Below are positions 39,603 to 50,829 of a stretch of DNA of 64,000 nucleotides, in pieces. The DNA is from an uncultured bacterium. Its GTDB lineage: Bacteria; Oederibacteriota; PGYV01; CAWJRG01. Position numbers and translations under genes: made by a program. The notes beneath the pieces are model-generated. The model had not been told where the DNA came from, ran no database searches, and saw only the letters and a program-made list of their open reading frames with translations. The stretch is from NCBI GenBank assembly GCA_963845185.1, contig CAWJRG010000009.1, positions 320,001 through 384,000 on the forward strand. Direction: 5' to 3'. How positions within the stretch are numbered: the first letter of the stretch is position 1; each line of letters starts with the position of its first letter.

Positions 39603-40610
39603 ATGGCTGAAATAACAAAAGAAAACTGCAAAGGCGTATGGGTTGTAGCGGAGCAGAGGAAAAACGAATATCATAATGTAACATTTGAACTTTTGGGCAA
39701 GGCCAGGGAGCTTGCGGATATTTTAAAAGAAGAGCTTGCAGCTGTTCTCATAGGCGAAAACGTAAAGAGCATGGCAGCTGAACTGGTAAAATATGGCGCC
39801 GACAAAGTATATGTTATAGATCACGCCAAACTTAAAGACTATAACGACGAACTTTACTCAGAAGCGCTTAGCGACCTCGCAAAACAATACAAACCAAGCA
39901 TAATGATTACAGGTGCGACAGCAATCGGCAGGTCTTTTTTTCCGAGAGTATCAATAAAACTTGAGGCGGGCCTGACAGCTGACTGCACCGCCTTTGAAAT
40001 AGACCCAGAAACAAAAAATCTGTTTCAGATAAGGCCTGCTTTCGGTGGAAACCTCATGGCAAAAATTATGACTCCTGACAGGAGGCCGCAGATGGCAACT
40101 GCAAGGTATAAAGTATTCAAGCCGCTTGCGATTGACGAGGCGAGAAAAGGCGAGATAATAGATGCAAAAATTCCTGTGGATACATATAAAACATCAAGCC
40201 AGATGCTTGAATTTATAGAGGAAGTTGAGACAACCGTAAACCTGTCAGAGGCCGATATTATAGTTTCCGGAGGCAGGGGAATCGGAGGCGCAGAAAATTT
40301 TAAAATAATAAGGGAGCTGGCAGAAGCCATTCAGGGCGCTGTGGGTGCTTCAAGGGCGGCTGTTGATTCAGGCTGGATACCTTATTCGCACCAGGTAGGC
40401 CAGACAGGCAAAACAGTTTCACCCAAGATTTATATTGCGTGCGGCATTTCAGGCGCGGTCCAGCACCTCGCAGGCATGTCATCATCGGACATTATTGTTG
40501 CTATTAATAAAGACCCGGAGGCCCCGATATTTTCAGTGGCAAAATACGGAATTGTTGGGGATATTTTTGAGATAGTCCCTGCGCTGACAAGGAAAATTAA
40601 GGGAGCGTAA
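39603..40610 (+). CDS. etfA: Electron transfer flavoprotein alpha subunit
   Basis: [34 protein letters not shown]. Confidence 0.95.
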   Translation: MAEITKENCKGVWVVAEQRKNEYHNVTFELLGKARELADILKEELAAVLIGENVKSMAAELVKYGADKVYVIDHAKLKDYNDELYSEALSDLAKQYKPSIMITGATAIGRSFFPRVSIKLEAGLTADCTAFEIDPETKNLFQIRPAFGGNLMAKIMTPDRRPQMATARYKVFKPLAIDEARKGEIIDAKIPVDTYKTSSQMLEFIEEVETTVNLSEADIIVSGGRGIGGAENFKIIRELAEAIQGAVGASRAAVDSGWIPYSHQVGQTGKTVSPKIYIACGISGAVQHLAGMSSSDIIVAINKDPEAPIFSVAKYGIVGDIFEIVPALTRKIKGA

Positions 40611-40611
40611 A

Positions 40612-41217
40612 ATGGCGAAAAAACCTTTCTGGGAAAAAGCATATAAGGATGCTTCAGTCAGCACATTCGGCAAACCAAGCGATGAGTTTAACTCGCTAGT
40701 TAAAAAGCTTCCGCAAGGCGCGAAAGTGCTCGACCTTGGCGCAGGCGATGGAAGGAATGCGATTTTTCTTGCAAAAAAAGGTTTTGATGTTACTGCAGTT
40801 GATGTTTCCGAAGCGGGGATAAAAAAACTCGAAAAGATTGCAGGGGAAAAAGGCGCTAAGGTAAAAACAAAAGTACAGGATATGAGGGAATTTAAATTTG
40901 ATGAACAATATGATCTTATAATATCCCATGGCTGCCTTCACATGATTGAAAGAAAAGAATGGCAGAAACTGATTGAACGGATAAGGGAAAACACAAAGCT
41001 TGGTGGTTATAACGTAATACTGGTTTTTACAGATAAAATTGAACCTTCGAAAAATTTAAAGGAATTTATGGTTGGACTTTTCAGGGAAGGCGAAATTTTT
41101 AGCTTGTATTCGGACTGGGAAATAATACAGCAAAAAAGTTATGTTTTTAACGACAAACATCCCGGGGGAGTAAGGCATACACATTCTGTTAATAAGATAG
41201 TGGCAAAAAAAATATAA
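40612..41217 (+). CDS. Class I SAM-dependent methyltransferase (TehB-like)
   Basis: [33 protein letters not shown]. Confidence 0.88.
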   Translation: MAKKPFWEKAYKDASVSTFGKPSDEFNSLVKKLPQGAKVLDLGAGDGRNAIFLAKKGFDVTAVDVSEAGIKKLEKIAGEKGAKVKTKVQDMREFKFDEQYDLIISHGCLHMIERKEWQKLIERIRENTKLGGYNVILVFTDKIEPSKNLKEFMVGLFREGEIFSLYSDWEIIQQKSYVFNDKHPGGVRHTHSVNKIVAKKI

Positions 41218-43012
41218 TTTTTTCTTTTTTGGGGAAACAAACAAACCTATCAACACACAATAGTGTACATTAACCCCTTTGCATCGCCCTTTATTTTTTG
41301 CTAAATAAGGTGTATAATTGAAATAGAAAGGAGGTTAAAAAGAATGGTTAGGCACGCTTTAAATCTTCCACTTATCTATAAGCCGAAAACCTCAAAAAAC
41401 ACCACCCCGTTACAGCATTTAAAAAAGCCACACATATTTATAATATCCCTGCTTTTTATTGTCAGCATCGCATTGCCTGTTTATGTTTACGGCGACGACG
41501 TCTGGGCCGATTTCTTCGGCACATCAAGCACATCAGGCACGTGGGATACAGGCACAAGATATAACCCAAATACAACAATGAAACCGCCTCTTGTATTATT
41601 ATGGCAGAGTTACGACTGGAGAGGAAATACAATTAATGTTAATCCAACATGGAATGGCGCAAGTATAGTAAATGGAGTTGTATATTATGGTGAAGGCTCT
41701 CAAATTGGTATTCCACCCGGCTATTTATGGGCATGGGACAGCGCAACCGGAATTACAAAAACAGGTTTTCCTTTACAAACTTTAAACGGCATAGGCGATA
41801 CGCCTTGTATATTAGGAGAATATATCGGAGCAGGAACACTTCCTATAGAGGGTACTGGTAATAATTATTTATGGGATAGTTTAAGTTTAAATATAATTTC
41901 TGGATTTCCCGTTACAGTAGCTGCAAATACGGAAATTGAAGGTAGCCCGATTATACAAAATAATAGAATATATTTTTGTAATGGTGATACTGTCGGCACT
42001 AATAATTATTATTTATATTGTTATGACACAACAACCGGGAATTTAATATATAAAAATCCATTGCCTGCGTATGGCTCGGATTCAACGCCGTTTATTTATC
42101 AGGGCAAAATAATAATAACAAACTGGAACACAGGGCTTCGTGTATATTGTTTCAATGAATCCGACGGAAGCACGGTGCCGGGATATCCTTTGCAATTATC
42201 CGCAAACGGCGGGACAAACGCCTCGCCGGTCGTATATAACAACCGGATATATATTGATTCCGGAGAGGCGTTTTGGGCAATTGACATAAACACGGCTACA
42301 GTGCCAGCGCCTTTTCCGCTGACAATCACAGGCGGCAATATGTCCTCAACAATCGCGGCAGGGAATGGAAAAGTATATTTTGGGACAGCAGGCGGTTATA
42401 TATATGGAAATTATTTATACGGAATTGACGCGACAACAGGAGCAAATATTGCGGGTTTTCCTGTTACGCTTAACGGCAGCGCCAACATAGACGGCCCGAT
42501 AACTCTTGCAAACGGCGTGGCATATTTTGGAACTGATGAAAATAAAGTTTATGCCGTTGACGCGAATAACGGAACAAATTTATGGAGTTATCAATTGCCT
42601 GCGGGCATTGGTTATAGTGGTATTCAGTACATAATGGCGTCGGTTGCAGAAAATAAACTGGCAGTAACTAGTGTAAGTGGAAACGGGGTTTTTGTATTTT
42701 GTATGCCAAGCCCGACAATAACGCCGACAATAACTGAAACAGCAACACCAACTATGACCGAAACCATAACGCCTACTATGACTTACACAAACACATCTAC
42801 TTTGACCGGTACTTATACAATAACAGCCACGATTACGCAAAGCCAGACAATCTCACAGACAACGACAGAAACAATTACGCCGACAATATCAATGACATCA
42901 ACAATAACTCAAACTCTGATAATATGTTAAGTGTTTATTAGAATGCACGTGGGTTCCAAATCTTTGTTAAAATAGTTATGCGAGTAACAAAATAACAAAG
43001 GAGGAACCACAC

Positions 43013-44047
43013 ATGCATTATGTCGGAGTTGATCTTCACAAAGAACAGTCATGGTTTTACGTTTCAGATCATGAAGGCAAAAGACTTATCAGTAAGAGTA
43101 TATCAAATTCGGAAGAGGAATTGAAACGGATATTTGAAATGATCCCAAAGCCATTCAAGTTGGGAGTAGAGGCCACAAGAAACTGGTACTTTTTTGTTGA
43201 TTTAGCCGAGCTTTATGCGGAAGAAGTCAATCTCGCGAATTCTTTCGAGCTCAAGGCTTTTGCAAAACGAAATAAGAAAACCGACAAGATAGACGCAAAA
43301 CTAATTTGCGATGTTCTGCGAATGGGTTTTCTTCCGAAAGTCAACATACCGCCAAAGCCCATAAGAGAAATACGTGAATTAATAAAATATAGAATGTCCC
43401 TTGTGTATGAGCGAACTTATAATATCAACAGGCTCAAAAATACGATGGGAAAACTAGGGCACGAATGTTGCAGCGATCTTACAAGATATAAACACTTAGA
43501 CAAAGTACAGACGGAGGAATTACCGGAGATATATAAAACTGTTATTAAAGGGCATCAAGAAAGGATTAGATTTTTAACTGAAAAAATTAATAGTATGAAA
43601 TTGTATCTCAAAGAAACGTTTGAAAATGACCCTGATATTAAGAACCTGATTACAATACCAGGCTTGAGTTATCTAAGCGCGGCAATAGTAAAGAGCGAGA
43701 TGATAGATGTAGCAAATTTTGCATCTTTTAACCGCCTTTGTTCCTTTGCCGGACTAGCTCCGCGAGTGAGCCGGAGTGCTAAAAAAGATATACACGGGCC
43801 TTTAAGCAGAAACAGGCGTAAATTACTTCAGTGGATATTGTTGGAAATAGTTCCTCATTATGTTAGAGCCTCAGAGGAAAAGAAAGCAAGATTCGATGAA
43901 ATAGTTAAAAGAAAAAGTTATAATACGGCAAAAGTTGTATTGGCCAGGGATCTTTTAAAGGTAATATATAATGTGCTACGAGATAAAAGAGAATATTATA
44001 GAAATACAATTCGGTCAACGGCGGGTGTCGCGCTCCACGGTGTCTGA
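43013..44047 (+). CDS. IS110-family DEDD transposase/recombinase
   Basis: YVGVDLHK, GVEAT, KTDKIDA, IPGL, SFAGLAPRVSRS, AKVVLAR; RBS aggagg. Confidence 0.95.
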   Translation: MHYVGVDLHKEQSWFYVSDHEGKRLISKSISNSEEELKRIFEMIPKPFKLGVEATRNWYFFVDLAELYAEEVNLANSFELKAFAKRNKKTDKIDAKLICDVLRMGFLPKVNIPPKPIREIRELIKYRMSLVYERTYNINRLKNTMGKLGHECCSDLTRYKHLDKVQTEELPEIYKTVIKGHQERIRFLTEKINSMKLYLKETFENDPDIKNLITIPGLSYLSAAIVKSEMIDVANFASFNRLCSFAGLAPRVSRSAKKDIHGPLSRNRRKLLQWILLEIVPHYVRASEEKKARFDEIVKRKSYNTAKVVLARDLLKVIYNVLRDKREYYRNTIRSTAGVALHGV

Positions 44048-44190
44048 AGTGCGTTTTTTAACGCAGCTTCGTTAGGTCTGATTAGCGGGCATCCGCTGTC
44101 CAAGATTATCAAGCAGGCAGGCAATAGTCCTGCGCTGCCAATGGGTGACTGAAACCGGATTATTCCGGGTTTCTTGAGATAACAACGGAC
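44011..44190 (+). ncRNA. Putative bridge/seek RNA (approximate limits)
   Basis: Target guides ACGGTGTC (44037-44044) and TCTGA (44077-44081); donor guides ATTATCA (44105-44111) and AATGGGTGA (44140-44148); each pair flanks a hairpin. Confidence 0.72.
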
Positions 44191-44680
44191 GGCTGAATGA
44201 AATTACAGAGGATTAACAAGGATTGGAATTCATTAACGTGATACGTGTCTTTATATTTGACAAACACTTAAATGGGTGACACCGTCGCCCACATATACTA
44301 TAACGCCGACAAAGACTGAAGTTCCGGCATCTTTTTATTTTAGATTAATAGCAAACTCTCCAAACCCAGCGAATAACTATACTTATATTATTTATGAGAT
44401 AGGCATAGGAGCAGAAGTAAAAGTAATAATATACACAATAAGCGGTGAAAAAGTAACTACGCTTGAGCAAGAAGGCTCGCAGGGAAGAAACCGCCTTCGA
44501 TGGAACTGCAAAAATTTTGCAGGCCATGACGTAGCAAGCGGAGTATATATTTATAGAATTGAAGCAGTATCAGGCAGCAATAAAGCAAAAGCGTGGAGTA
44601 AACTGGCGGTTTTAAGGTGATAGAACTATCTTAAGTGGTGTTTTATATGGTGAAAACCATTTCTGTTTATTAAAATTAAC

Positions 44681-44709
44681 TTGACCTTTTGAATTTTATG
44701 CTATATAAT
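44681..44709 (+). promoter_or_regulatory. Sigma70-type promoter for the GH74 gene
   Basis: TTGACC-17-TATAAT. Confidence 0.7.
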
Positions 44710-44815
44710 TTATATAAAAGGTGAGGCAGCAGGTTAATAATACTTAATTTGTTTTGGGAAAAATTATAGCAAATTAAAATTATTTAACCAAATATAAAAT
44801 CCAAAAGGAAAAACC

Positions 44816-47800
44816 GTGAACACAAGAAACCAGGTCAATAAATTCAAAAATACAATAATATTATTATTTTTATTTATGATATTTCTTTCATTAGTCCAAA
44901 GCCTTTCAGCCGCGGCAGCTTATACGTGGACGAATGTAGTTGTTCCAGCCGGAGGATTTGTGGCTGGCGTGGATTACAGCCCGGTGCAGCAAGGGCTTAT
45001 TTATGCCAGAACCGATATGGGCGGTTTTTACCGCTGGGATAACACCAACAACGTCTGGATACCTTTAACCGATATGTATGGCCTAAGCCAGTATACCTAT
45101 CACGGCGGTGAAAGCATAGCACCTGACCCGGTCAATGCTAATAACGTTTATGCGGCGGCTGGAATGTATTTAACCAACGGTAATGGGGCTATACTCAGTT
45201 CAACTAACCAGGGCACTTCCTGGACAATCAATCCAATTGCAGTTCCCATGGGAGGCAATAATGACGGCAGGGAAGCAGGTGAACGCCTTGCTGTCGACCC
45301 GAACCTAAACAGCATACTCTATTTCGCTTCACGTAATAACGGTCTTTGGAAAAGCACCAATTCAGCTGCCACTTGGGCACAGGTCGCAAGTTTCCCGACA
45401 AACGGCGACGCCAATTATGGATTAACCTATGTAATTTTTCTTCCTGGCGGAAATCCTTCCTCCGGCACAGAAACTATTTTTGTCGGCGTGGATTCCATGA
45501 GCGCGGGAAACAGCAGCCTCTACCGTTCCACGAACGCCGGCAGTAGCTGGGCCGTGGTCCCAGGCGGGCCTACCAACATGATAACTCCACATGCTTCATT
45601 AGGAACAGACGGGACTTTGTGGATTGTATATGACAGCGGCGGATACGGTCCCAACAGCATTACCACGGGGCAAATTTGGAAATTAAACACCAGCACACTG
45701 GCTTGGACACAGGTAACTTTACCTGGACCGGCTGCAGGTAACGGGGGATATGGTGGGATATGCGTGGACCATCAAAACGCCCAACACGTAGTTGTCTCAA
45801 CCCTGGATTGGTGGGGTGGCCCAGACCATATCTACAGTACCACCAATGGCGGGACAAGCTGGTCAGTCATAGGGAACGCACAAAACAGCTGGGACGCTGC
45901 GCCTTATGCTGTTTACAACAACAATGGAGCATTATGGACAAGATTTTGCGGTACATATGACGGAGGTACAGGATGGCAGGGGGACATCAAGATAGACCCT
46001 TTTAATTCAAACAATGCTATATATACCACAGGAGGAGGCGTTTGGAGCAGTACCAGTATAGAGGCAGGGACGCAGCCCGCTGGTGTCACCTGGATTTTCA
46101 CCGACTATGGATTGGAGGAAACGGCTGTAACCGATATGATAACTTCAGCACCGGGTGGGGTTTTCTTCAGCGCAGTGGGGGATATAACCGGGATGCGGCA
46201 TCCAAACGTAACACAATCTCCTCCGCTTGGAATGTATTGTGACCCATCCATGAGTACCACAGACGGCATTGATTATGCTGAACTTAACACGAATTTTGTG
46301 GTTCGCGAGGGGCACAGTTTATCAAGCGGCACCACTTCTGCCGGCGGATATTCCACTGATAACGGGCAGACCTGGACAGCTTTTGGCTCAAACCCGAACG
46401 GTTATTCTACAAGCGGCGGAAACGGGCAAATATCAGTAAATGCCAACGGTACTGTGATTCTTTGGGCGCTGCCTTCCAGCACAGCAGTATATTCTTCAAA
46501 CAACGGCACGACCTGGAATAATACATCAGGACTCCCTAACGGAGCTCAAATATGTTCGGACAGGGCAAATAATACTATATTTTATGGTATTTCAGGCACA
46601 ACACTTTATGTCAGTACAAACAGCGGGGCCAGCTTTTCCAGCGCGGGTACATATTCAGGCAGCATATCATGGGCTAACAGGCCAAGGGCTGTTTTTGGCA
46701 TAGCAGGTGAAGTCTGGGTTCCGACAGGCAGTGGCCTCTATCGGTTTACTAATGTAGGTTTGGGAACTGTGGCAACCACGCAGATTGCAAATGTGTCAAG
46801 CGCAGTGGCTGTAGGATTTGGCAAGGCGGCTTCAGGACAAACACATCCAGCGGTTTACCTGGCTGGGACTTTGAGCGGAACCTATGGCTTTTTCCGTTGC
46901 GATGACGGAGTCGGTACCACCTGGACCCAAATAAACGACGCTAATCACCAGTTCGGCGCGGCTGAATTCGCAGCAGGGGACGAAACGGTTTACGGCCGCA
47001 TGTATGTAGGTACCAATGGAAGGGGCATTCTTTATGGCGACATTTCTACTTCAGGTACTTCTACTGTAACACCGGCAATAACTTTAACTTATACAAGTAC
47101 AGCTACGCCAAATCCGACGAGAACTTTTACACCAACATATTCATACACATTGACTTCAACAAGGACGTCAAGCCCGACATATACCAGCACCCAGCAGATG
47201 ACACCGACTTCGACAGGAACAGCAACCGCAACTGTTACGAACACATCTTCATACACTTCAACTTCTACACGAACAGCAACGCAGACCTCAACGCTATCGC
47301 GGACATCTACCTTTACTCCAACAAATACGCCGACATATACAATTACAATAACATCAACAAGCACGCAACAGAATACGGTTACTTTAACAGAAACAAGGAC
47401 AAATACCGGCACTTATACAGCGACAGGGACTAATACCCCGGTACCCACAGGAACAAATACTGTAACACCTTCTTTAACGGCAACAAGAACAAACACGGTA
47501 ACATCTACCTTGACTGCGACTTCTACATCAACATATACAGTAACTCTGACATGGACAAACACCTTACAGAATACTGAAACTTTAACGGCTACAGGGACAA
47601 ATACAACATTGTCAACGGCAACAAGGACAAATACAAGCACATATACTGCGACAGAAACAAATACAGCAACACAGACATCAACAGCAACACGGACAAACAC
47701 TGCAACGACGACATTTACTGCGACAGCTACTCCAACATACACAATTACTCTGACATGGACAAGCACGTCACAAAACACAGTAACTTTAACTTCAACAGGA

Positions 47801-50161
47801 ACAAATACTGCAACACCTTCCTTAACGGCAACACGAACAAATACGGTAACGTCGACTTTGACTGCTACACCTACGCCAACATATACAGTTACATTAACAT
47901 GGACAAACACGTTGCAGAACACGGCAACTTTAACGGCGACACGTACAAATACATCAACGCTGACATTCACTGAGACAATTACGCCAACATATACAGTTAC
48001 ATTAACATGGACAAACACGTTGCAGAACACAGCAACTTTAACGGCGACACGTACAAATACATCAACGCTGACATTCACTGAGACAGTTACACCAACATAT
48101 ACAGTTACATTAACTTGGACAAATACACCACAGAACACGGCAACTTTATCAACGACATCTACTCTTACGGCGACAAGGACAAATACTGCGACGAATACAC
48201 CCACATATTCTGCTACAGCGACATGGACACTTACATTTACAACTACTTTTACGGTGACAGGAACATTCACGGAGACATTAACTTTAACAAGAACGATAAC
48301 ATCAACGCTAACTAATTCACCTGTGGTATCAGAAACACCAACTTATACAGCAACGATTTTTACCCCGACAATTACGCCAACGTCCACAATATCACCGACA
48401 ATTACATTGACAGATACAGCATCGCCTACTGGGACACCAACTTTTACTGCGACAAGGACAAACACAGGCACAAATACGCCGACTTATACAGTAACTTTGA
48501 CATGGACAAACACATCACAGAACACAGTAACATTTACAGCTACGGGAACAAATACGACAAATCCTACAGGTACAAGTACAGGGACACCTACACTTACAGT
48601 TACACGGACAACTACAGTTACAAATACGCCGATAAACACACCTTCATATACAGTAACATTGACTTATACATTGACAGTTACATCAACATTTACCAATTCA
48701 CCGGTGGTATCACCTACGCCGACATTTACTAATATAATATTCACATGGACAATTACGCAGACTTCTACCTCATCGCCAACAATCACATTGACAAATACAC
48801 CATTACCAACAGGTACAGATACGGAGACGGTTACGTTCACTGCGACAAAAACAGACTCCGCAACCACAACCTTCACTGTTACACCTACGCCAACATATAC
48901 AGTTACATTAACATGGACAAGTACGTTGCAGAATACTGCCACTTTAACAGCAACAGGAACAAATATAGCGTCGCCTACAGTTACATATACAAATACCTGC
49001 GATTGTACGGGCACAGAAACAGTGACACCTACATTTACGTTTGTAGCGACAAGGACAAACACCGGAACATCGACAGTGACGAATACGTCCACAAATACAC
49101 CTTCGTTTACAGAAACATTGACATCCACAACAACAATTACATTAACATTAACTAATACTGAGGTTGTGTCAGAAACACCGACTTATACAGCGACAATTTT
49201 TACGCCGACAATTTCACCGACGTCTACCGTAACACCAACAATAACATTGACAGATACACCATCACTAACAGACACGGTAACGTCGACTGCAACAGAAACA
49301 GAGACAAGGACAAATACATTATTACCTACACTTACAAATACGCCAGAGAATACCGCAACAAGCACAGTGACGCCTACTGTAGGAGCAAACCTTGTAGCGG
49401 ATATTACTATTTCACAGGGGAGTGCAATGATAGGGCAGGATATAACCGTAATAATGCAGGTAGTAAATACAGGGACAAATGGCGTGAATAATTTACAGCC
49501 TTCAGCGCTGGCTCAAACAGGCGGTGGAACAGCTATCCTTATAAGCGGGCCCATGCCTGCAAGCACTGCAATAGTCTCAGATTCATCAGGATCATTTACG
49601 TGGGTATATACAGTGACTTCCGTGGCAGGAAATATAGCATTCAGCGGGTCGGCAAGCGGCACAGACGCGATAAACGGCACAATAGTATCAACTGCGATAG
49701 TGACCAGCAATCCATTAATATGCGTTACAGCCACGGCAACAATAGCAAATTCAATTACAATTACCGTAACGCCGACATATACAATAACGCCTAGTATTAC
49801 GACAACAAATCCAGTTGCGACAGCCAGCTTTACACCGACAAACCAGGTTCCTGTTTTCACGGCTACAGCCACATTTGTAATTACTACACAGCCGCCAGGG
49901 CCGCCAAGGATATATCCAAACCCAGTAAAAGACAGGTTTAGATATGTATTTACCCTGACGGAAGATGCAGATATAGAAATAACTATATATACAGCGTCAT
50001 ACAGGCTGATAGCAAAATTTGATCAGTGGCAGAGCGCAGGATTAAATACTATTATAATCGGCGTACAAGGCTTGGCAAACGGTACATATTTTATCGTATA
50101 CAAGCAAAAAGGTCAGACAACAAATACAAAGAGAATTGATAAATTTATCATTTTAAAATAA
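44816..50161 (+). CDS. Secreted GH74 xyloglucanase with ~800-aa Thr-rich stalk, Ig-like domain and C-terminal sorting-like domain
   Basis: Signal peptide; IYARTDMGG, GGNNDGREAGERLAVDP, IDPFNSN, GLEET, YVGTNGRGILYGD; C-terminus IYPNP...GLANGTY...KFIILK. Confidence 0.92.
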   Translation: MNTRNQVNKFKNTIILLFLFMIFLSLVQSLSAAAAYTWTNVVVPAGGFVAGVDYSPVQQGLIYARTDMGGFYRWDNTNNVWIPLTDMYGLSQYTYHGGESIAPDPVNANNVYAAAGMYLTNGNGAILSSTNQGTSWTINPIAVPMGGNNDGREAGERLAVDPNLNSILYFASRNNGLWKSTNSAATWAQVASFPTNGDANYGLTYVIFLPGGNPSSGTETIFVGVDSMSAGNSSLYRSTNAGSSWAVVPGGPTNMITPHASLGTDGTLWIVYDSGGYGPNSITTGQIWKLNTSTLAWTQVTLPGPAAGNGGYGGICVDHQNAQHVVVSTLDWWGGPDHIYSTTNGGTSWSVIGNAQNSWDAAPYAVYNNNGALWTRFCGTYDGGTGWQGDIKIDPFNSNNAIYTTGGGVWSSTSIEAGTQPAGVTWIFTDYGLEETAVTDMITSAPGGVFFSAVGDITGMRHPNVTQSPPLGMYCDPSMSTTDGIDYAELNTNFVVREGHSLSSGTTSAGGYSTDNGQTWTAFGSNPNGYSTSGGNGQISVNANGTVILWALPSSTAVYSSNNGTTWNNTSGLPNGAQICSDRANNTIFYGISGTTLYVSTNSGASFSSAGTYSGSISWANRPRAVFGIAGEVWVPTGSGLYRFTNVGLGTVATTQIANVSSAVAVGFGKAASGQTHPAVYLAGTLSGTYGFFRCDDGVGTTWTQINDANHQFGAAEFAAGDETVYGRMYVGTNGRGILYGDISTSGTSTVTPAITLTYTSTATPNPTRTFTPTYSYTLTSTRTSSPTYTSTQQMTPTSTGTATATVTNTSSYTSTSTRTATQTSTLSRTSTFTPTNTPTYTITITSTSTQQNTVTLTETRTNTGTYTATGTNTPVPTGTNTVTPSLTATRTNTVTSTLTATSTSTYTVTLTWTNTLQNTETLTATGTNTTLSTATRTNTSTYTATETNTATQTSTATRTNTATTTFTATATPTYTITLTWTSTSQNTVTLTSTGTNTATPSLTATRTNTVTSTLTATPTPTYTVTLTWTNTLQNTATLTATRTNTSTLTFTETITPTYTVTLTWTNTLQNTATLTATRTNTSTLTFTETVTPTYTVTLTWTNTPQNTATLSTTSTLTATRTNTATNTPTYSATATWTLTFTTTFTVTGTFTETLTLTRTITSTLTNSPVVSETPTYTATIFTPTITPTSTISPTITLTDTASPTGTPTFTATRTNTGTNTPTYTVTLTWTNTSQNTVTFTATGTNTTNPTGTSTGTPTLTVTRTTTVTNTPINTPSYTVTLTYTLTVTSTFTNSPVVSPTPTFTNIIFTWTITQTSTSSPTITLTNTPLPTGTDTETVTFTATKTDSATTTFTVTPTPTYTVTLTWTSTLQNTATLTATGTNIASPTVTYTNTCDCTGTETVTPTFTFVATRTNTGTSTVTNTSTNTPSFTETLTSTTTITLTLTNTEVVSETPTYTATIFTPTISPTSTVTPTITLTDTPSLTDTVTSTATETETRTNTLLPTLTNTPENTATSTVTPTVGANLVADITISQGSAMIGQDITVIMQVVNTGTNGVNNLQPSALAQTGGGTAILISGPMPASTAIVSDSSGSFTWVYTVTSVAGNIAFSGSASGTDAINGTIVSTAIVTSNPLICVTATATIANSITITVTPTYTITPSITTTNPVATASFTPTNQVPVFTATATFVITTQPPGPPRIYPNPVKDRFRYVFTLTEDADIEITIYTASYRLIAKFDQWQSAGLNTIIIGVQGLANGTYFIVYKQKGQTTNTKRIDKFIILK
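47873..48150 (+). repeat. 108-bp (36-aa) near-identical tandem repeat, about 2.5 copies
   Basis: atatacagttacattaac recurs at 47881, 47989, 48097. Confidence 0.85.
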
Positions 50162-50311
50162 AATATAATTTTATCATTTAAACAAGAAATTTTACTTTAA
50201 AATGTTCTTAAAAAGGGAAAAGAAAAATTTTTTTAATACTTCGGAACTTTTTTGGAAAATATTTGTCTAATAATTATGAGATATTACCGAAAACTACCCG
50301 GAGGCAATTTG

Positions 50312-50674
50312 ATGAATATTATAAAAGAAGACTTTAGGGACATTTTATCATATAAAGAAGCCCTTGCAATAATATGTATATCCATAAATTATGCTTATCA
50401 TCAGGCCATAATAGATATTGAACGAATGGCGAAATTTATTGGTTTATCAACTGACGATTTAAAAAAAATGGGAAGAGTATTTGAAATTCTCAAGCTTGGA
50501 AAAATTCAGTTAAAAGACGGCAGGGAAATACTTGAAGTTTATGATGTTAAAGATGAAGAAGTAAAAAATACCATGTATGAGGCAATCTGGAATAAAAAGG
50601 ATGACTATGCAGCAATCTGCCAAAAGCTTATTGCGGATGGCATAGAAGGTGTATACGAGATAAACGCGAATTAA
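50312..50674 (+). CDS. Hypothetical protein
   Basis: RBS ggagg before ATG 50312; 120 aa; no recognised family. Confidence 0.65.
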   Translation: MNIIKEDFRDILSYKEALAIICISINYAYHQAIIDIERMAKFIGLSTDDLKKMGRVFEILKLGKIQLKDGREILEVYDVKDEEVKNTMYEAIWNKKDDYAAICQKLIADGIEGVYEINAN

Positions 50675-50738
50675 TTATTCTATTCAAGTGTTCGTGAATT
50701 ATTGCTAAGCATGATAAACCATTCAAAACAAAGCCAAG

Positions 50739-50767
50739 TTGACAAGCACTGTTTTATATAGTAAACT
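50739..50767 (+). promoter_or_regulatory. Sigma70-type promoter for the GH30 gene
   Basis: TTGACA-17-TAAACT. Confidence 0.6.
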
Positions 50768-50829
50768 TAGTTAAAGGTTTAAACAAGTGTGAATTGTGAA
50801 CAATACCAAGTCCGGGAGAATTCAGTCAA

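Larger units (their letters stand above)
42917..44279 (+). mobile_element. IS110-family (IS1111-like) insertion sequence; span includes both TGA core copies
   Basis: TGA at 42917-42919 and 44277-44279; subterminal IR ttaagtgttt (42927-42936)/aaacacttaa (44262-44271); joined ends give TTGACA-17-TAATAT. Confidence 0.92.
41344..44620 (+). pseudogene. Secreted PQQ-like beta-propeller + Thr-rich linker + C-terminal Ig/sorting-like domain, interrupted by IS110
   Basis: Removing 42920-44279 restores the frame ...TITQTL-T-PSPTYTITP...; tail NSPNP...IYTISGEKV...WNCKN...VASGVYIY...KLAVLR. Confidence 0.88.

Noticed and set aside
44654..50723. AAACCATT upstream of the GH74 and GH30 promoters as a shared operator
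   Set aside because: Only 8 bp, non-palindromic, different spacing, AT-rich background; insufficient support.
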